DNA of 63,403 bases, filler included, from Phoronis australis (Eukaryota; Animalia; Phoronida), in assembly GCA_002633005.1 (NCBI GenBank). It is 3 parts of 3 records of this genome, joined end to end, with 100 filler letters (N's around TTAATTAATTAA, not from the genome) between each part and the next. Parts side by side here need not be neighbours in the genome. Positions count along the whole stretch, not along the records: positions 1 to 30,964 come from NMRA01000792.1; 2 more parts are not named here. One strand, 5' to 3'. Under the pieces are notes generated by a model. That model had not been told where the DNA came from. It did no database searches and saw nothing but the letters and a program-made list of their open reading frames with translations. The first letter of the stretch is position 1. Every line of letters starts with the position of its first letter. This document shows positions 1 to 9,662 of the stretch, piece after piece. The translations under genes were made by a program, and so were the position numbers.

Positions 1-121
1 GTGAGGTCTTCACTTTGCCGACGACGCCAAACATCAACTTGAAGTCTTGTTCTGCAGTCTTGGGAAACGATTCTTTGGCGAAATAAAAGCTGCCTGATCC
101 ACACGTTTTTATGGTGTTTTT
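1..121 (-). CDS. candidate downstream exon of p62-like gene (partial)
   Basis: ttatcag acceptor at 122-123; phase-0 frame open to the window edge (KNTIKTCGSGSFYFAKESFPKTAEQDFKLMFGVVGKVKTS). Confidence 0.5.
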
Positions 122-3100
122 CTGATAACTAAGTCAGATTCTTCAATTTCGTTATAAGTCTGAGAAAACTGTACTTCAAATCAAAATGCAATGTTGCAGA
201 AGCTTCTACGCTGAAAATTTTTGGGGGGGCACGGGCCCCCCCGGCCCCCCCGCTTCCTACGGCCCTGACAAAGGGTTACATTTATGCAAATTTTCGATGT
301 ATCTACCTCCAAAGTTAAATTCAGTGGCCATAGAAACGTGGGTGAAGACATCGAAATGGTCTACCTGTTTTTTTATTGTGATATTTAAAATGAAGGTGGC
401 CTCTTCAGTGATTGCACTGCTTTCCAAGAGGGCCCTCAAGTAGTATTTGGTAAGGAAGTTATAAGCAAAAACAGAACTTTGCATAATGGTAGCCATAATT
501 TACATATCTAAAAATATGCTAAAAGTTGTCATGTTTACAACCCAGCTAAAATGCTTCAGCGGGGCACCTAGACATGAAACAACTAAAAACCTCCTGCTAC
601 TAAAAACTGCTAGGTACCCATTTCTGGCTAATGGACTAAAATACCATCTACCAGCACATTCCAATTTAATTATAGTTTCAGTAACACTACACAACAAACT
701 TTTTACAAACAAGGATCTCTTTCCTGTTGTCATTAGTTTACCAACTTATCTCGATTGTCACCTTTTCATCCCGTTCGATACGGAAAAGTTAAGTACGCGT
801 CATCAACCTTCAAAGGGAGCAAGGTTGAAGTTTCCTTATAAACTCTGCTAAACCTACAGTCGTGACGCAAGAACCTCGCGAAAAGTTAGCGTGATCTGGT
901 GGGTTACTTGCAATACATGCCAATAGCTGCGAAGTCTTGATGTTGCGTCTTCGCGGGATGTTTTACGTCTACACAACGCAGCTAAGATGACGAAAGCTTT
1001 TTTTGATGTGTGAAACCCCTAAAACAAGGTTTAAAGTAGTACTCACCTTACGTTCAAGGGCGATGCAGCAGAACTCGTGATGCGCGTGATGACCTTGATT
1101 CTTACACCGTTCACAAAGGTCAAAATTGGGACAGTCGATGCATTTGTAACGGGCGCCGCGGACCGGACGGGAGCCGCACACGTCGCATTTCACGCCAGGA
1201 TGACAAATTGTGCTCACAGAAGGCACTGAAAACGAAAATAAGAGTCAGTTCTGACCTGTGTCACCGTGGGCGTAAGATTACGTATCACTGAGTATCTAAC
1301 CTCCGTGGAGCCTGTGGAGCTCTCCCAAGCACGGACGTCAACACACGTGAATACATGTATTATCGTTTCTTGGATTGGGCATTGTCGCTCATTTCCGAGG
1401 TAGAGCTTATAAAATGGAGAGCAGTGGAAAAGAGAGTCGTTAAAAGGATTATACAAACTCTGTTTTGCTGGTTTTAAGCAATTCTCATTCTCATAGTGTC
1501 CTCCTAATTCAGCGCATCATTAACACGTGACTGTTAAAACAATACCAGCATTCAACTACGGCGCTAGGTTATACTCACTGTGGCATAGAACGGACATATG
1601 GTTCTCAGTGTTTGGTCTTTCCTCACTGTTGTCGTGTTACTCATCCAAAGTGTTAGCCATGCTTACAGGTTTAACATACTTTGTTCCGCTTTTTCAAATG
1701 TTGACGAAAGTTACAGATATTTTTTATTTTAATTTTAGAGAGCGTGGTAGGAAAAGACATCAGCAACTGTCAATATTAGGCCAATAAAACGGATTTATCT
1801 GTATCCTTTTTAAGTTTCACAGCTGTAGACTTAAAACAAGTGTAAAGTTATAACCTTTATACGTGAACCAATCTTATACGTCTACGCCAATTTAAAAACT
1901 GAACTACATTAAAAAACATTATCGAAATCCCACGCAAAACCATCATTGTTTTATAGTCCAGGTGCTGGGGAGTAACCCCTTCTTTAGCTCTTAAATAGCG
2001 CCATAGGGCAAGTTAGGGTCTGTACACTTGATGACACGTAAGTTGCTGCCCACAACAGAGAATAGATTTTTTGACAGTACAGAGAGTTTTTACAATGATT
2101 TCCCTAACAAATTCAAACAATAACGGTGTACCTGGAGCGGGAACATGTTGGGAGCAGGTTTCCGGTATGTGGTTTATATTAAAATGTCATGTCAATGAGG
2201 GAATGTGGTAGTCATTTTTATCAGAATAAGCTTTTTCGAAGCTAAGTGAGATGGTTGAGATCGAGTGAATCATTATTTCTCAATAACTAATGCCAAGACC
2301 ATCTTGTGGAAAAGGTAAGAATTCGTGTATAAAAATGAAACAACCGAAATTTGAAAGCGAATTTTCCCAGCTTAGTGGCCCCCCAGAAGTCCTGCCTCCA
2401 GTTCAGTAACGCTTGAACCTCGCTAAAAAAGCAAGACTTCATGACATTACGTGAGATGTTGTTGTGTATTTTAAATAAGGACACGTGACTTTGAAAAGAT
2501 TTTGGCTAGGTCCTTGTGTAGGTCCTAGCGTTACTGAACGCACGCCTGGTCTTGGACTAAAAGGTAAGCTAATTTCGTCTTTGCCGTTCACGATTCGCAG
2601 TGGAAACACATAGTTTTTGAAACTGAAACGAAACAAAACAAAACATTTATGTAACCAATCTCTAGTAAATCTCACCAATAGGTTACCATAAAACAATCAC
2701 AAAAAAGTCGCGGCACAACCGGGTTGTTCGTTAGGCCCTATTTGGAAAACTTAGGTACATGTACGTTACACTTGCACCAACAGGGGTCATGGTTAGTGCC
2801 CGAGAAATCCTAATCGGCTCTGGTGAAAGCTAACAAACATTCCAATGATCAAAGATGGTCTTGTGTCTCGATTCATCTTTAGAGCTCTGCAAGGTGTTTA
2901 CTAGGCGTTTCATTTGTGTGTCACGTGGGAAAGCTCAGCGATTTAAAAAATACTAGTCTGTCACGTGCCGATTTGACCAGAAGTTAATGAAATTCCGCTA
3001 CGTACAGCTTGTATATAACTGCCTTCCTATTCTGAAAGTTAAAGATCCGCGACTTAATTCTTTGTTTCTTGGTAACGACCTCGCTCATCAAACACTCATT

Positions 3101-6048
3101 GCAGGTCTAACGGCATTGTCTACAGAGGGCACTGAAGGTTAATAATTAGTCCACCACAGTACTTTTGGCAATTCATTTGGAAGAAACTTACCTTACGTGG
3201 ATAGAAGAAGCAAGCGAATGCGTGTTCTCTGTGGATATTCTGAAGCCTACAGTGTTCGCACAAATCATAGTCCGGGCATTGAAGGCACACGTAGCGTCTA
3301 CCGTGAATAGGGCCGTGACAGTTGTTACATAAAACGTTGTCATGCAATACTCCTGAAGCCTCTGCGCCAATTTCAGTCGCTATGGAATAAAATACTGTAT
3401 TATACCAAAAAGGCATAGTTGGCCGTGCACAAGTTTATTCTTTTCCGCATGTCATATCTCTTCTTGCGGACACGTATTGCCTCCTTGCGTCTCTCAGCTG
3501 AATAAATTTCTTTGTTTGCGGAGGAACCAACCCAGCCTCTGCACGTTATGCCAGTTGCCGTTCATGGACAAACTCGTCAATTGACCTACCGGACTATGAT
3601 TTTCGTGTTAACCTCTCACCGTTTCTGTTACATTTTTAAAAGGAATTATTTGAATGTCGTAAAATCAAATACAAATCGTTTTTCTCTCCTACGTAGAGTG
3701 AATTTTATCCTGTTCAGTGTTCTCCTCACAGGATTCAAACATGACGCTGCGCCATGCTTGAAATATTTTGCGCCATGTTTGGAAATCTTATTAAGCCATG
3801 TTTGAAATCTAGAACCTAGTTTGAAAAGCCTGAGTTTTTCAGCTTTTAAGCCAAATGATTGGAACTGTGTTCCAAAGTGGTACATTTCTTATTATTTAGA
3901 TTTAGATGTGTTAGTGTCATGCATAGCAAGTAAATACAAGGTGTAACTTAAGTAAATTCGCGAATTAGCCTACAGTAAGGAAGACTACGCGACAACATGA
4001 CACCGCGATTTGTACCTTGTTTGAATTTCTGTCCCTGCAGTTAATAAATTTCATTGTAAAAATAATTGGCACTTTATCTATACTTGTCGTGTTCGTGAGG
4101 TCACACATACATGTACAACCACTGAGCTCACTAAATGTGCGTGCCTTGTTGAGCGCAATTAAGTTCAAAAGCATTTTAACAGCAGCCATAAAATCTTTGT
4201 CAGACTAAATTTTTTTTTTTGGTTTCGCTTTTATAGCATAAAGGTAATATTTTTGAAATGATTCTATTAAAAAGAATAATCGAAAAAAGTGGGAATGTGC
4301 GTTCAAGTAGAGACAGTTCACAATTGATTTGTGTGCAGAGATATCGGGTTATGCGAAGTGGCTTTAGAGAAAGCGGAACGTCAAGGAAGAGAGTACATGT
4401 AGAATAGGCTTTGGTGAGCAGACCGAAAATAATGAGTTGGAACCGGTTTGTGGTCCGTCCGAGAGCAAAGAAATGTCCTCAATACGCGAAAAATGGTCCG
4501 GACATAGGGTACAGAGTGTAAATACTGTCTGGATGAATCGTTGTGACATTGGTTTTAGTAGGCCTACTTATTTCTGGCTGCAATGCTCACGCGTGAAAAG
4601 CTAAGGAACACGGCTTTACTCGGAACGGTTCCATTTTATAGGATCGACTGAAAAGGTTCGTAGTAAAATTGACCAAAAACTAAAGTTTTCAGAAAGGTAC
4701 ATTCCAAAAATCAAACTCATCTGCTTGCATTTACTCTTACAATGTCAGTGAACACACATCGGCTGGTTGGTAATGAAATTGATTAAAACCCATGCGAAAA
4801 ATACGTTTGACTCCCTCCCCCTCCTTGAACTAAGAACGGGACTCACAGCAGTTTTAACGTTTATACCTTTAATGTACATTTTGAGCGCATCGTCAGAATA
4901 ACTGTCAAAGGCTTGATCAAGATCTTCGTCGCTCTCCATTTCTCTGTAACCGCCGGCATCATCTGAAATATCCTTATGAAGTTAAAAATGACGTCACAAA
5001 GTATCACTTTGGCATCGAAGAACAGGAAAGGGTCAGTCGAATTTCTTACTTCCCACTTTGCAACAGCTAAATATGATTGTTCGGGCGATGACTCAGCACC
5101 TGAAATCCGCGGGGTCGTCATGCTCTATGAAAATGACGCACTAAGACCAGAGAGCTCTAAGACCTGGTGAGTAACAGACGCATTATTTCTTGAGACAAAA
5201 TTTTAAAATTCAGGTCACACCATGACCTGAAATTTTATGACATGGTCTGAAGAAATAATGCACTTTCAGGTCTTTCGAAGACAGGAACAATTTGAGACAA
5301 ACTACATAACTAAAGCAAGCACGGGTTTCATGTAACTTAAAATATCATATAAAAAACTGAATTAATAACGAGTAGCCGGGAAGGTTTTTACAAAAATCTA
5401 GGAACCAGTTCCACGTGAAAAGTAACCACTTCGTGGTTGAAAATTGCCACTTTCTCATGACAATGCCTTTAATATCCCTGAAAAACTGCGAATCAAGTTT
5501 GCCCAGGTTTTCTAGAAACCGCGTAAAAAGTGATAAACTGTCCGTTTTCAATGATACTTGCTATGAAGAACCGGGTCCCTACAAAAATGCCCGATGCCCT
5601 CCATAAAACCTGAAAACACTAAAGCTGGAATCTATACATGTAGATCCACTCCACAAAGTTGAAAGCCAACCTACGCTTCTAACTCGAGCGTAATGTTTAT
5701 TCTTCTTCGTCGTGCCCCAGGGCCGGTAACCACGTACGACAGAATGACTCGACTCTGTTGTCTGGTTAGCCTACTCACTGACAAGTCTGTTTCCAAAACC
5801 TTTGTCACATATTTCGTACACCTTAGCAATGTACGTACACCCACGTTGATCTTACCTGCCCAGCAAAGACTGAATGACTTCCCTCTCAAACTCGGGAAAG
5901 CCTCCACACACAGTTTCTGCCGAAATGCCTCCATTTTGAGGTTTGAGACCAAGGTTAAGTTTTCTCTGTCGACCTCCAAAGTATGGCAAGCGACATCTTC
6001 GCCCGTTTCAGATTGCAAGAAAGCTTTGACTAGGATAGGTTGGGACAT
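1..6048 (-). CDS. SQSTM1/p62-like PB1 + ZZ zinc-finger protein (spliced; 3' end outside window)
   Basis: Exons 6048-5856 and 4962-4867 join in phase 1 into a PB1 domain (MSQPILVKAFL...SLCWA-DDAGGYREMESDEDLDQAF...KMYIK). Two ZZ exons follow (3379-3192, 1225-1047), then an open exon 121-<1. Orthology to SQSTM1 is not proven, so no symbol is given. Confidence 0.85.
1047..1225 (-). CDS. p62-like gene exon: ZZ zinc finger B
   Basis: HPGVKCDVCGSRPVRGARYKCIDCPNFDLCERCKNQGHHAHH; acceptor ttttcag, donor AAG|gtgagt; 179 nt, phase 1-0. Confidence 0.88.
2408..2520 (+). repeat. dispersed repeat fragment, paralogous to ~30370-30480
   Basis: Shared blocks cgctaaaaa(a)gcaaga...attacgtga.atgttg...ttttaaat...acac.tg.ctttga. 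Confidence 0.6.
3192..3379 (-). CDS. p62-like gene exon: ZZ zinc finger A
   Basis: HDNVLCNNCHGPIHGRRYVCLQCPDYDLCEHCRLQNIHREH; acceptor ccatag, donor AAG|gtaagt; 188 nt, phase 1-0. Confidence 0.88.
4867..4962 (-). CDS. p62-like gene exon: PB1 C-terminal half (OPCA-like region)
   Basis: tttcag|ATGATGCC...AAAG|gtataa; 96 nt, phase 1-1; DDAGGYREMESDEDLDQAFDSYSDDALKMYIK. Confidence 0.85.
4989..5098. promoter_or_regulatory. intronic CRE and ARE/NF-E2 motifs in p62-like gene
   Basis: TGACGTCA 4989-4996; ATGACTCAGCA 5088-5098 (full AP-1/ARE consensus). Confidence 0.4.
5856..6048 (-). CDS. p62-like gene exon: PB1 N-terminal half
   Basis: ATG at 6048; VKAFL resembles p62 VKAYL; donor GCAG|GTAAG at 5855; 193 nt, ends phase 1. 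Confidence 0.85.
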
Positions 6049-6184
6049 GTTGCGAATCGCTTCAAGTGACTCCAGCCTCCGACATAAACTGATCAACTGA
6101 CTGGTGAAATGTCATGGATATGATTGTCGACTTCTGATGATTCAAATTGTGAAAATCCAGCGGAATATTCTTAAATTCCCACCA

Positions 6185-6359
6185 CACGTGAGTGTGTTTA
6201 CAACGCCGCATGGGATTTTCCCAACTTACCAAATATAGCGAGTCGTCTGAAATCGAAACTGAAAACAAATCGCGCCGGAGAATGTCGTGCTGCTGTCAAT
6301 GAAAACTAAAGTTGTCTAAAGTTTTATACCTAATTTCAAATTAAAGTCCGGAAAACCCA
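6185..6359. promoter_or_regulatory. putative promoter/5'UTR motif cluster of p62-like gene (E-box, NF-kB-like, ISRE-like)
   Basis: CACGTG 6185-6190; GGGATTTTCC 6212-6221; GAAATCGAAACTGAAA 6249-6264; GGGTTTTCC on the minus strand 6350-6358; donor TTG|gtaagt at 6229 suggests a non-coding first exon. Confidence 0.45.
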
Positions 6360-8063
6360 CTGCTGCAGTTTACTGTTAATGTGCGAGATATTGAATTTAT
6401 ACAATAATGCATGTCTTTATCAGTTCAGTACCACCACGCATGGGTTTCACCAGAGAGCAGGCGTTTTTATATCTACTCATAAACGAGGGGGCACGTAGAC
6501 ACAACACTCAAGATTGAGATAACGAGTTGTACAAGAACACTTCCTGATCTTGTGCTGTTCTTTAGCCTCAGCCGAATACTTCAGTTACTTACTTGGGGGA
6601 GGCCATATGTCCCCAACAAAAGTGTCTGAATGCTGCACGTGGCTAGTAACTGTTCCAAACTGGAAACTTGGTTTATCAACACCAAAACAATTCAGATTGG
6701 CCAGACCCGTGTGTCACGTAATATACATGTAATTGAGTACAGAAATTACCGAAACAATTAAAGCAGCGCGATAACGCGATTTGAGGGGGGGGGGGCTGAA
6801 ATGGAAACAACTGTCCATTCAGAGACAAGGTGGTGCCAAAGTTAATAAATAGCATGCTAACTGCATACCAGTAACCAACTATGCACTTACACATATATAC
6901 GGTAAAACAACAATTTATTATTTTCTATCAATACAAAAATAAGCTAAGACACATTCATAGTCACAATAATTATTTGATGGCCATTAAACCTGCTATCAAG
7001 GTATTCTGGTCACAAAATCCTTTACCAAGGTTATGTAGGGCCTCGTGGAAAACTCAATAGTAAGCTAAAAACGTACAAAACTAAAGATTTTGACCCAGTA
7101 AAAATATATATTTCCATAAGTAGAAAACCGGTTAAATTTGATTTTTGACTTTATACCAATCTACCATTAGTTGGGTAACATTTTAGTAAAATTAAGAAGT
7201 TTAAGAAACATTCAAAGCAAAAAACGGTATGTCAATAACACAGCAGACATTGTTTGATATAAAAGATGAAATATCAAAAAAACAGTGTAAGTTTTAGTTC
7301 CAAGCAAACTTTGATCACATGAAAAAACAAGTCCTAAAGAGTTTTAGAGAGCAGTACATAACGTATGTGAAAGCTTCATACAAATTCTACCAGCCATTTA
7401 AGAAATACACATACATGTAATGTTCTGAACTTTGACACACCGACCTACATAACCTTAAATTGACCTATTCTTGACCTAGATTAGAGCTGATACATGAGCG
7501 TGGTTAGAACTGACAGGTCATCATTGCATGACACTATCAATAACAGGGTTGTCATGACTTTTCATTTTCAGCATCAAGTATGGGTTCAAACACTAACAAC
7601 TTCTTCTCTCTCATGGGAGTAAAGAAGGAGTTGAGATAAGATTTGTATCACTATGTGGTCTAAACAAACAGCTAGTTAGAGGAGTCATGTTGCAGCTAAT
7701 ACATGTAAATATGAAACCTTTGATAATTGAGCATTTGAGACATTATTAAATTGTTGTTAAACAACTGCACCGATTTCCTTCAATAAATATCAACCCAGTT
7801 AATTACACAACCATTGTCCGCGTGTAATTTTTGTACTTGAAATTGAACTTGAAATTATTTTTGTCATTTTCTGTTCCACCAATGTTCATCGAACTCAAGA
7901 CCAGCCTCGTTCCCAAATCTAAAGCTGGCGCTGATCAGTTTAGCCAATCAGCACAATCTTTAGATAAGTATATTATATAATATTATTGTTCAGTACATAA
8001 TAGCTTACATGAATAACTGTTTAATCCTAGTTTGAACCTGATGAACCCATCATCAAAGTACAA

Positions 8064-8607
8064 GGTTCTGGGTCTGAACTCGAAATTTTCGGTTTTTACT
8101 CGAAATTCCAAATTTTCACTCAAGATGGTAGCTCGAATCTAGGGGTCATCAAGTGCGAATTTGCACTACAAAATAGTGCACAGCAACCATAGTGTATTCT
8201 AGCACAGAATAAAAAACACTAGTTAATAGTTGAGTTTGCACAAAAGTAGAATAGAAAATGACAAACATTTTTAAGTCTGGTCTACACGCCACCTATTGGA
8301 AACATCACTTGACCTAATGAACATAAATGCGAAAAGATTTCTGCTCCCAACCGGGACTCTAATCCAGGACCTTCTGTTAACCATGCAGACGCTTTAGCCA
8401 CTGGACCATCGGGACAACCGGTCAAAAACAGAAATCCAATTAGACTTAGCAGTGGGCATCCTGTTCATGAAATTGTGATATTACCTAAATCTCAAAAAAT
8501 GTTCATGATTTATATTTCCACACTGGATTAAAATTACAAATACGGAATAGAAAATGTTGAAAACAACCTTGAGTGCGATTTCGAGTACAAAAATTAGACC
8601 CTGGACC
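8064..8607. mobile_element. degenerate MITE-like element enclosing a tRNA-derived fragment
   Basis: Imperfect terminal IRs (ggttctgggtct...actcgaaat...cactcaag versus cttgagtg...atttcgagt...agaccctggacc). Confidence 0.45.
8341..8418 (-). pseudogene. tRNA-derived (SINE head or tRNA pseudogene) sequence
   Basis: Minus strand gtcccgaTGGTCCAGTGGctaaagcgtctg...cagaaggtcctgGATTAGAGTCCcggttgggagc: A-box, degenerate B-box, imperfect cloverleaf. Confidence 0.55.
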
Positions 8608-9549
8608 AAGGCATCAAAATCAAGACCTACTTCACAACTAAATTACGCCATATCTACACGCCAATGAACAAAACTTCAATGAGCCTGTAACCTATTTTTA
8701 AACCCCATGGCAAAACAAACTACAAAGCAAATTACACAATCAAGTTTTCCGTTGTCAAGTAACTTACATTTTCAGACAACTCACTCGCAGATCAAGAAGT
8801 TCAAAGGATGTGCAGGTAACATTGATTTTTGTCTAATGTATAATGTAGTTCTGGGCACTTCAAGTTGTAAAACAAACAGCTACCAAAGTCCTACTTGTCC
8901 AAAAGTGGACATATGCCACAAACTTTGCCAAAAAAGCCACCCTATTTCGAGGTACACAGCCGCACGGAGCGAGCATAGCACATTAGTTGTGTACTACATA
9001 ATAACAATAACATGGCGGGGGTAACACATTGTTGGACATTTCAGGACAAGATTCTCCCAACTCTGTTATTCGCGCGGTTCTCCACAATCACAGCATCAGA
9101 GAGCCACAAATTATTGTCTGGCTGTACTATACTAATCTGGATAAGACAGTTGGTTTCTGTCAAGAGCAAGTTGGTAATTCTTCATTTCTTTACCACACAA
9201 TATGACCGACAACTGAAATTCCAGTTTGTCAAATTTTGACACAAAAATAAATGAAGTCTTTTAGTAGCACAATTTATGTAGACGTCACAAAACAACATTT
9301 GATGAAGTTTCCACGATCTGTACGAGGATAATCAGCCTTTGAAAAATGGAAAATACCAGTTTTGGCAATTATTTTTGTGTAAATTGCTATTTCCCAAGAC
9401 GGTAAGTGTAGGTGATTGACACATGGACTTACTGGATGATGCAAAGGCATAAACACACATACATACGCACATCCTTGCACACGCAAACACACACTTCACA
9501 TCCAAGAAGACTTGGTCACCATGCTATGAGGTAGTGATTGTATGGAAGA

Positions 9550-9662
9550 TCATCTTTCGCCTTGGCTCATTTTCAAAAGATGGCGCTGGTACATAGGGGT
9601 CAAAAGGTCAGCATTCTTCAGACACTGGTTCAGTGAGTACTCATGGTGAAGCAAACTACCAT
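9550..9662 (-). CDS. GGCT-like gene terminal exon 14
   Basis: DGSLLHHEYSLNQCLKNADLLTPMYQRHLLKMSQGER*; resembles the GGCT C-terminal helices. Confidence 0.85.

Noticed and set aside
1301-1405. Possible linker exon between the ZZ exons (LYLGNERQC...STGSTE)
   Set aside because: Phase 0-0, so it cannot supply the phase-1 join needed at 1225; unsupported without transcripts
8341-8418. Functional tRNA genes here, at 26918-26988 and near 55370-55445
   Set aside because: Broken stems and degenerate B-boxes; better explained as SINE or pseudogene fragments
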